DNA of 64,000 nt from Alphaproteobacteria bacterium (GTDB taxonomy: Bacteria; Pseudomonadota; Alphaproteobacteria; Rs-D84; SZUA-605). The position numbers and the translations under genes were made by a program. The notes below the pieces were generated by a model. That model had not been told where the DNA came from. It was given only the letters and a program-made list of their open reading frames with translations, and ran no database searches. Of the stretch, positions 50,372 to 59,101 are shown piece after piece (position 1 is the first letter of the stretch; each line of letters starts with the position of its first letter). The DNA lies in the NCBI GenBank assembly GCA_031549385.1, contig JAVBPW010000001.1, positions 352,001 to 416,000 on the forward strand, given 5' to 3'.

Positions 50372-52051
50372 ATGATAGTTAAAGATAAAATATTGAATTT
50401 ATTTGGGGATTTAGGGCTGGATTTCATTAATATTAGGAAGTCTGATAGACCTGATTTATCTGATTTTGCATCTACTGATTGCCTACGTATGGCAAAAGTA
50501 TTAGGAAAAAAGCCTTTAGATATTGCTAATGAAGTTAAGGAAAAAGTGTCTGGATATGATGTTTTTGAAAGTTTATCAGTTGATGGACCTGGTTTTTTAA
50601 ACTTCAAAATGTCTCAAAATTTTTGGATGGATTGTGTAAATGAGCTTGGAGATGGTAACTTTATTTATAAAGAAGTTAGTCCTCGTAAGATTATTATTGA
50701 TTATGGTGGACCTAATATTGCTAAACCTTTACATGCTGGACATTTGCGTTCTGCTGTTATTGGGGAAGCTTTAAAGAGGATATTAAAAGAGCCTGGAAAT
50801 GAAGTTATTGCAGATATTCATCTTGGAGATTGGGGTCTTCAAATGGGATTAGTGTTTGTTGGGTTGGAAGAAGAAGGTTATAATGCTGATGATATAACTA
50901 TGGATTTACTTAATGATATTTATCCTAAATATTCTAAATTATCGAAAGAAGATGAATCACTTTTAAAGAGAGCTCAAAATTATACATATTTACTTCAAGA
51001 AGGTGATAAAAAGTTAAAAACTTTGTGGCAAAAATGTTATGATGTATCTGTTGCTGCTATTAAAGAAAATTATGAAAAATTAGATATAACTTTTGATCTT
51101 TTTTTAGGAGAATCAGATTCAGAAAAAGTGCTTGTTAATTTGGTTAATGAATTGAAGAAAAAAGAAGAACTTACTTTTTCAGAAGGTGCTTATGTATTAG
51201 AAGTTAAGGAAGATAATGATAAAAAAGAAATGCCTCCACTTCTTATTGTAAAGAGTAATGGAGCTTTTGGATATCATGGTACAGATTTAGCTACAATTAA
51301 ACAAAGAGAAGATGATTATCATCCAGATGAAATAATTTATGTTACAGATTTTCGTCAAAATTTACATTTTGAACAGGTTTTTAGAGCTGCTAAAAAAGTT
51401 GGTGTAATTCGTAAAGAAGTTGGTTTAGTTCATGTTGGTTATGGAACTATGAATGGAACAGATGGAAAGCCATTTAAAACTCGTGATGGTGGGATTCTTC
51501 GTTTAGGTGATTTTATTGAGATTGTTAAAAGAGCTGGTCTTTCTAAAATTAAAGAAGATAAAATATCTGATACTAATGAAAAGAATCAATTAGCATTAGA
51601 TATTGGTGTTGCCGCACTTAAATTTGGTGATTTATCTAATGTGGCTACTTCTGATTATGTTTTAGATTTAGATTCTTTTACTTCATTTGAAGGAAAAACT
51701 GGACCTTATATTCAATATAGTGCCGTTAGAATTAAATCATTGCTTGAAAAAGTTGGTAAGGTTTATAGCGAGATAAAATTCTATAATGAATATGATTTGG
51801 ATTTAGCTAAGGCTATTTTAGAATTTGATGATGCTTTTGTTGAAGCATACCAAAAATTAGAACCTCATCATATTTGTTTGAAGGCTTATGAAATTGCTCA
51901 AAAGTTTAATACATTTTATCACTTCTGTCATATAGTTTCTGAAACTGACGAAGAGAAGAAAAACTCTTGGGTGGCTTTATCGTCTTTAACTTTAAAAGTA
52001 TTTGAAAAGTTCGCTGATTTGGTTGGATTTAAAATAGTGGATAAAATGTAA
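50372..52051 (+). CDS. argS: Arginine--tRNA ligase
   Basis: PNIAKPLHAGHLRS, HLGDWG, FKTRDG, GKTGPYIQY. Confidence 0.97.
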   Translation: MIVKDKILNLFGDLGLDFINIRKSDRPDLSDFASTDCLRMAKVLGKKPLDIANEVKEKVSGYDVFESLSVDGPGFLNFKMSQNFWMDCVNELGDGNFIYKEVSPRKIIIDYGGPNIAKPLHAGHLRSAVIGEALKRILKEPGNEVIADIHLGDWGLQMGLVFVGLEEEGYNADDITMDLLNDIYPKYSKLSKEDESLLKRAQNYTYLLQEGDKKLKTLWQKCYDVSVAAIKENYEKLDITFDLFLGESDSEKVLVNLVNELKKKEELTFSEGAYVLEVKEDNDKKEMPPLLIVKSNGAFGYHGTDLATIKQREDDYHPDEIIYVTDFRQNLHFEQVFRAAKKVGVIRKEVGLVHVGYGTMNGTDGKPFKTRDGGILRLGDFIEIVKRAGLSKIKEDKISDTNEKNQLALDIGVAALKFGDLSNVATSDYVLDLDSFTSFEGKTGPYIQYSAVRIKSLLEKVGKVYSEIKFYNEYDLDLAKAILEFDDAFVEAYQKLEPHHICLKAYEIAQKFNTFYHFCHIVSETDEEKKNSWVALSSLTLKVFEKFADLVGFKIVDKM

Positions 52052-52563
52052 TGGATTTGAAAAACATTAAACTTATTGTTGGGCTTGGTAATGTTGGTGA
52101 TAAATATAAAAATACTCGTCACAACGCTGGTTTTATTCTTGTTGATAATATTCATGATAAATATAATGGTTCTGATTGGAAAACTAAATTCAAAGGTGAA
52201 ATTTCTGATGTTAAAATAGATGGAAATAAAATATACCTCCTAAAACCTTCTACCTATATGAACTTGTCTGGGGAAAGCGTTTGTGAGGCTGTGAAATTTT
52301 TCAAAATAAAAATAGAAGAAGTATTAGTTGTCCATGATGAAATAGATTTAGAATTTGGGCAAATTAAAATTAAACAAGGTGGTGGAAATGCTGGTCATAA
52401 TGGACTTAAAAGTATTTCTCAAATTTGTGGAAATGACTATTTTAGATATAGAGTAGGGGTTGGTCATCCGCGAGATATTATTCCTGGAATGGAAGTTGCT
52501 GATTATGTGTTGAGTAAGTTTAGTTTAGAAGAATTGAAAGAAATTAAACAATTGACTTTCTGA
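52051..52563 (+). CDS. pth: Peptidyl-tRNA hydrolase
   Basis: VGLGN, TRHNAGF, KPSTYMNLSG, HDE, GHNGLKS. Confidence 0.97.
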   Translation: MDLKNIKLIVGLGNVGDKYKNTRHNAGFILVDNIHDKYNGSDWKTKFKGEISDVKIDGNKIYLLKPSTYMNLSGESVCEAVKFFKIKIEEVLVVHDEIDLEFGQIKIKQGGGNAGHNGLKSISQICGNDYFRYRVGVGHPRDIIPGMEVADYVLSKFSLEELKEIKQLTF

Positions 52564-52617
52564 GTTCTTAGCATTAGCTTTTAGTTAAAATAAAATTTCA
52601 AATTTAAAAAATCGTAT

Positions 52618-53163
52618 ATGGATAAATTAATTAGTAGGGATAAGTTCCCTTTGATGTGTATGGTGTTTGCACAAATACCTGAGGTATATTGGTCCGTTTA
52701 TAAAAAAGGCGTTTACACTTTAAATATTGGCTTTCGACAGTTTGCAAACTGTTTTGACTATGAAATAACTGAGGTTGTAAATGACTTTGAGAAACTTACT
52801 ATATCTGACCTTAAAAGTTGGTACAAAGTTTTTCAAAAAATTGAAGAGGTTGAAGAAATTGATGTTGATGGAACTACTTTTAGGAAATTTAAAATAGGAA
52901 GCGATTTTTTCTATTTTAGGAAATTGTGGCGAAATGTTTTCCTTTTTGCTGTTCCATATTGCAAATGCTGCCAGCCGGATACTCAATCTGAAGCTTTTAA
53001 GACTTCTAATAAACGGCTTAAGTATGAAAGGCTTCGTACTTCTTCATATATGTATGGAGATTTTGTGTATGAACATACATCAACAACTTGTCGGAATAGT
53101 CCTGTTGGAGGACGAGGGACTAGTTTTTTGGTGGTACGACACAGTTCGTATCATTGTCCGTAA
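52618..53163 (+). CDS. Hypothetical protein (cassette class)
   Basis: TTGACT(52552)-17-TAGCTT; leader TTCAAATTTAAAAAATCGTATATG; bidirectional terminator ~53177-53201. Confidence 0.7.
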   Translation: MDKLISRDKFPLMCMVFAQIPEVYWSVYKKGVYTLNIGFRQFANCFDYEITEVVNDFEKLTISDLKSWYKVFQKIEEVEEIDVDGTTFRKFKIGSDFFYFRKLWRNVFLFAVPYCKCCQPDTQSEAFKTSNKRLKYERLRTSSYMYGDFVYEHTSTTCRNSPVGGRGTSFLVVRHSSYHCP

Positions 53164-53196
53164 AATGTTATTAATCAATAAGGGGCTTTATGCTCC

Positions 53197-53655
53197 TTAT
53201 TTTTTTCTGAAATCATCAAGTGATATGATTTTATCTTCTTCTTGAATGAAACCTAGTTCAGGGTCTGTTTCATAGTTTGAAAAATCTTTTGTTTCTGGAA
53301 GTGAAAATTGTAATGTGAATTTTACACTTGGGTCTGAGAAATTTATTATTGCTTCAAATGGAACATGTACATAATAATTTTTATTATTAAAACGAAGAGT
53401 TACTGCAAATTCTCTTTCAGATACATGTAAGTTTGAAAATTCATATTGTAATACTAATGTTATAGTGTCTGGATGTTTTGCTAATAAAAATTCTGGGAGT
53501 TTTACACCTGGGTGTTGGGTTTTTAAAGTTATGTAAAAATGATGGTTTCCAGGAAGTCCCTTTTTTTCAATTTCTTTTAATGTTTTTTTTACTACCTCTA
53601 GGAGAGCTAGCTCAATCATTTCTTGGTAGTCGATAGTATCATTTTTAATAATCAT
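53197..53655 (-). CDS. sspB: ClpXP adaptor SspB (alphaproteobacterial type)
   Basis: GLPGNHHFYIT, HPGV, FSDPSVKF.LQF, C-terminal IISLDDFRKK. Confidence 0.93.
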   Translation of the reverse strand: MIIKNDTIDYQEMIELALLEVVKKTLKEIEKKGLPGNHHFYITLKTQHPGVKLPEFLLAKHPDTITLVLQYEFSNLHVSEREFAVTLRFNNKNYYVHVPFEAIINFSDPSVKFTLQFSLPETKDFSNYETDPELGFIQEEDKIISLDDFRKK

Positions 53656-53754
53656 TTATAAACTCCATATTGTGGACTGCAAATCATGTTTGTATTAAAA
53701 AATCCACTTTATCAGTATCTATAACATAGGAAAGTTTTGGTTTTTTTGCAATGA

Positions 53755-54672
53755 TTATTTTTTTGATAATGGATGGTATTTCATATAAACTTCTTTTAAA
53801 TGATTATCTTGAAGTTTTGTGTAAACTTGGGTTGTTGATAAATTAGCATGACCTAATAATTCTTGAATAGATCTTAAATCAGCTCCATTTTTTAATAAAT
53901 GTGTTGCAAATGAATGTCGCAGTGAGTGTGGTGTTATGTCTTCTGGAAGACCAACATGCCTTCTGATTTTTTCAATTAACCTTTGAATTTGACGTGGGTT
54001 TAATTGTTGTCCATTTAAGCCTATAAATACTGGGTCGCCCATAGGGTTTCCATAGGGTTTTATTCTTATATAATTTTCTACTTCTTGGATTACTTGGTCT
54101 ATTAATGGAACTAGTCTTTCTTTATCGCCTTTTCCTCGTATTCTTAATATACCAGATGTTTCTGCACCATACCAATCATTGAATGTTAATTCTAATGCTT
54201 CTGAGATACGAAGACCACAGCCATAAAGTAAATATAGAATTGCTTTGTCTCTTGCTGCTATCCATGGAGTTTTATCGAATTCTTCTACACTTTTAAAGAA
54301 GGCATCTATATCAACTTCTGATACTGTTTTTGATAGTTTCTTTTGTACTTTTGGTGCTTTAAGAAGTTCTATTTCAGAGTTTTCTGTTTCATATTCATTA
54401 TACAAAAATCTGTAAAATGTTTTTATAGCTGAAATATTACGGGCTATACTTTGGTTTGATAAGTTATTTTCTTTACGGGAAAATAAGAATGAACGAAACT
54501 CTGTTATTGTTACTTTTGATAAGCTTTCTGGTGTTACATCTTCATTTGTTGCTTTTTTTAGGAATATTAGGAAAAATGTTAAATCCCTTACATAGCTTGA
54601 TGCTGTGTGTTTGGAAAACCTTTTTTCGGCTAGTAAATATCTTTCAAAAGATTTTGTTAATTCTTGTATCAT
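53755..54672 (-). CDS. xerC: Tyrosine recombinase XerC
   Basis: SAM-like N-terminus, GLRISE, GKGDKER, TPHSLRHSFATHLL, LGHANLSTTQVY. Confidence 0.9.
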   Translation of the reverse strand: MIQELTKSFERYLLAEKRFSKHTASSYVRDLTFFLIFLKKATNEDVTPESLSKVTITEFRSFLFSRKENNLSNQSIARNISAIKTFYRFLYNEYETENSEIELLKAPKVQKKLSKTVSEVDIDAFFKSVEEFDKTPWIAARDKAILYLLYGCGLRISEALELTFNDWYGAETSGILRIRGKGDKERLVPLIDQVIQEVENYIRIKPYGNPMGDPVFIGLNGQQLNPRQIQRLIEKIRRHVGLPEDITPHSLRHSFATHLLKNGADLRSIQELLGHANLSTTQVYTKLQDNHLKEVYMKYHPLSKK

Positions 54673-54811
54673 GAGTGTATTATACAACTTTTTATATTAA
54701 TTTGAAAAGAAGAAAAAGTTTCTAGTAGTGCTTAAAATAAGTTGACATTATTGATTGTTGCTTTATAGTGGGGAAAGATATTAAAAGTTCAAACTTAAAA
54801 AATCAAAAATT

Positions 54812-55366
54812 ATGTTAACAAGAGATGCAATATTGCAACAAGTCATGTTGGGTAATATAGTTATTACTCCATTTGATGAAAAATGCATTGGAAGCAATTC
54901 GTATGATTTGCATCTTTATAAGATGCTTAAGGTTTACGATTGTGCTGAGCTGGATTGCCGGAAGCAAAATCCTACTATTGAATTTGAAATTCCCGAAGAA
55001 GGGTTTGTTTTACAGCCGGGTATTTTATACTTGGGAAGTACTATTGAGTATACTGAAACAGACTTGCATATTCCGGAAATCAATGGGAAATCTTCCCTCG
55101 GCCGGTTGGGGTTGGATATTCATAAGACTGCTGGGTTTGGCGACCTTGGTTTTAGAGGTCAATGGACTTTGGAAATGGTGGTTGTTCTTCCTCTTCGAAT
55201 TTACCCTGGTCAGAAGATTGCACAATTGCAATTTGATGTTCCGGTGGGGCCTATTACACATTTGTATAGGAATAAACCCGATCAGAAGTATGCAAACCAA
55301 TCTGGTCCGACGGCTTCAAAAATGCATGAAAACTTTTCAAATGCGGAAAGTAATGGTTTAGGTTGA
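54812..55366 (+). CDS. dcd: dCTP deaminase (cassette-type leader)
   Basis: NSYDLHL, GKSSLGRLG, AGFGD.GF.G..TLE, KYANQ; TTGACA(54742)-16-TATAGT; TCAAACTTAAAAAA 54789. Confidence 0.93.
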   Translation: MLTRDAILQQVMLGNIVITPFDEKCIGSNSYDLHLYKMLKVYDCAELDCRKQNPTIEFEIPEEGFVLQPGILYLGSTIEYTETDLHIPEINGKSSLGRLGLDIHKTAGFGDLGFRGQWTLEMVVVLPLRIYPGQKIAQLQFDVPVGPITHLYRNKPDQKYANQSGPTASKMHENFSNAESNGLG

Positions 55367-55387
55367 TTGAAAAATCAACCTATTTTT

Positions 55388-56128
55388 TTATTCTTCGTCA
55401 TCCATATCTACATCAAAACTTGATGTGTCATTCTTTTTATCTGATTTATATAAATCATTTATTTCATAATAACTGTTTTGTTGGTACATTGATTTTGAGG
55501 CTTCGTAGAAGTCTATACTTTGCTTTTTCAAGCTTTCTACCGTTTCATAGCTTCTTGCATATGATGTGAATAAGTCTGAGCCTGTTAATACTGTTTCAAC
55601 AAAAAATGATTTTGGTATTAAGATTGTTGGATCAAGTATTGCATTTAATCCCATTGCAACAAAGTCTCTTGTATTTGTTGGTCTTATGAATGGAACTGCT
55701 AGATAAGGACCATCTGCTACATTCCACTTTCCAAGTGTTTGGTTGAATCTTTGGCGGTGTCTTTGAAGGCCTATTTGATCTGCTATTTCAAATGTTCCTG
55801 CGAATCCTAGTGTTGAGTTTATTGCAAATCTAGCTACTGTCTTTCCACTTTCTATGAATTGCAATTGCAAAATGTTATTTACAAAAGTTAGTGGCTCTTC
55901 TAAATTTTTAAAGAAATTATTTATGTTATATTGGAATGTTTCTGGGACTATATACAAATATCCTCTTACTACTGGGTCTAAAAATGTTTCTTCCATATAC
56001 ATGTTAAATGCAAAAACTTTACGGTTTGTTTTTTCATATGGGTCGTATGTATTATCTGGTTGAGTTGCAGCACAACCTGATAATATTGAAATAAAAGTTA
56101 CCAAAGAAAATAGTTTTTTAATTTTCAT
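55388..56128 (-). CDS. mlaA: VacJ/MlaA lipoprotein
   Basis: LSGC, DPYEKTNR, RFAINSTLG, GPYL..P..P...RD. Confidence 0.92.
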   Translation of the reverse strand: MKIKKLFSLVTFISILSGCAATQPDNTYDPYEKTNRKVFAFNMYMEETFLDPVVRGYLYIVPETFQYNINNFFKNLEEPLTFVNNILQLQFIESGKTVARFAINSTLGFAGTFEIADQIGLQRHRQRFNQTLGKWNVADGPYLAVPFIRPTNTRDFVAMGLNAILDPTILIPKSFFVETVLTGSDLFTSYARSYETVESLKKQSIDFYEASKSMYQQNSYYEINDLYKSDKKNDTSSFDVDMDDEE

Positions 56129-56187
56129 TTTATTAATTATAGAAAATATTTCTTAAATTTCAAAGGTTTTTATGGTATAAGTGGTTT

Positions 56188-56871
56188 ATGATATCTGTTG
56201 AATATATAAAAAAGATTTTTGATAAAACTGTTCCTTGTGTTTTACATAAGGATGATGATAAGGCATCGGCTGCCAAATTATGCAAGACTGCTATTGATAT
56301 GGATTTCAAAAAACTTTGTGTAAAACAATCTTTATATGATTTTACTTTTAATTGTTTGGATAGAAAAGGTAAAGACTTAGCTTTGTACCTTGTTGGAAAG
56401 TCTATTGGTGATATGCAAAAAAATATTTTAATGTACAAAGATTATAATGTTAAAAATATATTTGTGATGTTTGATAAAGAAGTTATAGAGCTTTCTGATA
56501 TTGATTCTGTGTTTGGTGAATTAAAAGGTGTGTTTGAATTATCTAAGATTGTTTTTTGTATCAGGTCCGATGATTTTATTTTGTTTGATGATATTGGAAA
56601 ATTTGTACAAAAATTGAAAAGCTATGGAATAAAGAAAATTAATATTATTGAGAGGGGTCATAAAATTACTATCTCTGCTTATGATTATTTGAAATATTTG
56701 CATGATGAAAATTTGAGTGTGGTTCTTTATTTTACTCCAGATGTTTATGATGATGCCGAACTAATTTATCGAATTTATGAAAGTAAGCGAATCGTAAATC
56801 CTAATCAAAAGATTTATTTCTGCTTTCCTTTGAGTATGGCTATTACTCGTAATATTACTTTGGTAGAATAG
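56188..56871 (+). CDS. Hypothetical protein, weak DeoC-like N-terminus
   Basis: 227 aa ORF; LCKTAIDMDFKKLCV resembles DeoC LC..A....F...CV. Confidence 0.6.
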   Translation: MISVEYIKKIFDKTVPCVLHKDDDKASAAKLCKTAIDMDFKKLCVKQSLYDFTFNCLDRKGKDLALYLVGKSIGDMQKNILMYKDYNVKNIFVMFDKEVIELSDIDSVFGELKGVFELSKIVFCIRSDDFILFDDIGKFVQKLKSYGIKKINIIERGHKITISAYDYLKYLHDENLSVVLYFTPDVYDDAELIYRIYESKRIVNPNQKIYFCFPLSMAITRNITLVE

Positions 56872-56882
56872 GTTAATGTTCC

Positions 56883-56910
56883 TATTGACATAATTAAACT
56901 TATGTCATAT
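56883..56910 (+). promoter_or_regulatory. dif-like / operator palindrome overlapping a TTGACA
   Basis: TATTGACATAA-TTAAAC-TTATGTCATAT, 11-6-11 geometry with 8-bp perfect inverted repeat. Confidence 0.45.
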
Positions 56911-56966
56911 TAGGAAATAATAGAACAATAATGTTTTAAGTTAATAAATATATAAATTTCTAAATA

Positions 56967-57227
56967 ATGGGTAAAAAAGTTCCACATGAGAATGGTGGTG
57001 ATGCCACTTGGTCTCAAGTTATTAATAATGCTGAAAGGTGGTTAGGAGATGATTCTCGCCAATCTGATGATAATAAGTCTCAAGTTTCTGCAGATGGAAC
57101 AAGAGCTATTCGTATGGGAGATCATGAAACAAAAACAGATACACCTCATGTACATTTTGAAGTACGTGCTGAAGATGGGGTAACTGTTATCGCTGATAAT
57201 CGGGTTAATATAACCAGTTATGATTGA
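56967..57227 (+). CDS. Stand-alone polymorphic-toxin-like C-terminal domain
   Basis: AERWLG...SADGTRAIR...PHVHFE pattern resembles Rhs/CdiA toxin tips; SD-less A-rich leader. Confidence 0.6.
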   Translation: MGKKVPHENGGDATWSQVINNAERWLGDDSRQSDDNKSQVSADGTRAIRMGDHETKTDTPHVHFEVRAEDGVTVIADNRVNITSYD

Positions 57228-57271
57228 TTTTTGAGGGGGAGTTTTTCCCCTTCATTAATATAGGAGTTAAA

Positions 57272-57592
57272 ATGGGGTATGTTCAAAAAAGATCTGAAAA
57301 GTTTTATTTAGATAAGTCTAAAGATGAGTATATTGTTTTATTTAAAGGGTATAATGATGATCCTGTTGATGGCAATATTCATTATTTGTTTGAATATTAT
57401 TATGAGGGTAGAATAGAAGGTGATAGTTTTATTGCTGAAAGAAAACTAAATGATAAACTATATAAGTTTGGAGCTAAAATAAATTCAGCATTAAATTTAA
57501 ATGATTTAATTTATGGTATAATTAAATTTGCTATGGACACATATGAGGTTCATATAGACAGAAATGATATTATAGATTTTGTTGAATTTTAA
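57272..57592 (+). CDS. Hypothetical acidic/aromatic protein, possible immunity protein
   Basis: ATG 57272 with AGGAG (alternative TTG 57224 overlaps the upstream stop); directly follows toxin-like ORF. Confidence 0.55.
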   Translation: MGYVQKRSEKFYLDKSKDEYIVLFKGYNDDPVDGNIHYLFEYYYEGRIEGDSFIAERKLNDKLYKFGAKINSALNLNDLIYGIIKFAMDTYEVHIDRNDIIDFVEF

Positions 57593-57593
57593 C

Positions 57594-59099
57594 CTATTTT
57601 TTCTTTTCACTTTTTTTCACAATGTTTAAAACAAAAGTTATTCCAAGCAATAATACACAAAATATAAATAATGGGATTTGCTTGGTTACTGAGTAAATGG
57701 TTGCATATCCTCTGTCTGGAATTTTAAAGTCTATTATTCCTGATGTGTTTAATGGAAGAGATTTTAAAATTCTTCCGTTTGAATCTATTACTGCTGATAT
57801 TCCATTATAGCCTGCGCGAATCACTGGTTTGCCTTCTTCGATGGCTCTTAGTTGTGCTTCTACTAAATGTTGATATGGGCCACGTGATAAGCCATACCAT
57901 GCATCATTAGTTAATATAAGTATGAAGTTTGGGTTGGTGTTCTTTTGAACTACTTGGCCTGAGAATATTCCTTCATAACAAATTAATGGTGAGAATGAAA
58001 AGCCGTCTGCTGTTATTGTTTCTAATCCTTCACCTGGTGTTAAATCAGTTAATTGATTTGTTATTGTTTTCATTGGGATATATTTTTTAAATGGAATGTA
58101 TTCGCCAAACGGAACTAAATGTGATTTTGCATAGGTGGCTATTACTCCACTTTTGTTAAATAAGCCCACCATATTAAATAGTTTTCCAGAATTGTCTGCA
58201 TGAGGGAAGCCTGTAATTAAATAATTATTTTCATTTAATATTGAAGTTGCTAATGTTCTTGCAGTTGTTGCATTGATTAAATCATATGAAACTGCTGTTT
58301 CTGACCAGATTATGAAGTCTGCTTTTTCACCTTGTTTAGAGAATTCTAAATGAGTTAGAAAATTTCTTTCTACTTCTTCTGGTTTCCATTTTAATTTTTG
58401 TTGGATTCCTGGTTGAACTATTTTTACTGTTTGGTCTGTTAGTTTTATTGGTCTGATTGTTATGGTGTTTATTACCATTAATCCCATTACAGCAAGAGAA
58501 GTAAAACCTATTAATGAAGAAATAGATTTTTTGTTTTGTTGAAAGTTAAATATTAAATATACAAAACAGCCTAATAGTATTGTTAGGAATGTTAGACCGT
58601 TTGTTCCTATGATTGATGCGCTTTGTAGAATGTAGTTATAGTCTGACCAGATTGCGCCTATTTTATTCCATGGGAAGCCTGTTAGTAAACATTCACGCAA
58701 TATTTCTAGAATAGTAAATGATGATGTGAATATTAAAACTTTTGAAAGGGAGTTTTTACCAAAGTAGGCTAATAATGATGGAATTGCAAAGAATAAACCA
58801 AAGACTATACCAACACCTGCATAGAAAAATGGAATTAGCCAACTGAAGGTGTCTATTGTAAATTCGTCTATTAGTAATGCGTTTGTTATCCATGATAGAC
58901 CAAATACAAAATGTGAGAATCCAAAAATATATCCATAAAGAAATGCTTGTTTTTTGTTTTGTGCATTAAATACTATGAATGTGAAGATTATGAATGGTAT
59001 GAAAAATGCTGGTAAAAAGTTGTTTGGAGCGAATCCATGGTTTGATATAAATCCTTTTAGAGCTAGGGCTATGTATTTTAAAATTTCTTTTATCTTCAT
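57594..59099 (-). CDS. lnt: Apolipoprotein N-acyltransferase
   Basis: GFPW, VQPGI, WSETA, KSHLVPFGEYIP, LICYE, TNDAW. Confidence 0.96.
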   Translation of the reverse strand: MKIKEILKYIALALKGFISNHGFAPNNFLPAFFIPFIIFTFIVFNAQNKKQAFLYGYIFGFSHFVFGLSWITNALLIDEFTIDTFSWLIPFFYAGVGIVFGLFFAIPSLLAYFGKNSLSKVLIFTSSFTILEILRECLLTGFPWNKIGAIWSDYNYILQSASIIGTNGLTFLTILLGCFVYLIFNFQQNKKSISSLIGFTSLAVMGLMVINTITIRPIKLTDQTVKIVQPGIQQKLKWKPEEVERNFLTHLEFSKQGEKADFIIWSETAVSYDLINATTARTLATSILNENNYLITGFPHADNSGKLFNMVGLFNKSGVIATYAKSHLVPFGEYIPFKKYIPMKTITNQLTDLTPGEGLETITADGFSFSPLICYEGIFSGQVVQKNTNPNFILILTNDAWYGLSRGPYQHLVEAQLRAIEEGKPVIRAGYNGISAVIDSNGRILKSLPLNTSGIIDFKIPDRGYATIYSVTKQIPLFIFCVLLLGITFVLNIVKKSEKKK

Positions 59100-59101
59100 T
59101 T

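Noticed and set aside
53755-54672. Integron integrase explaining the cassettes
   Set aside because: Ordinary XerC-like sequence with no visible IntI-specific insertion; no attC-like RYYYAAC...GTTRRRY hairpins seen around cassettes
54873-55361. 162-aa alternative-frame ORF over dcd
   Set aside because: Fully overlaps a clear dcd; higher GC here reduces stop frequency; no independent signals
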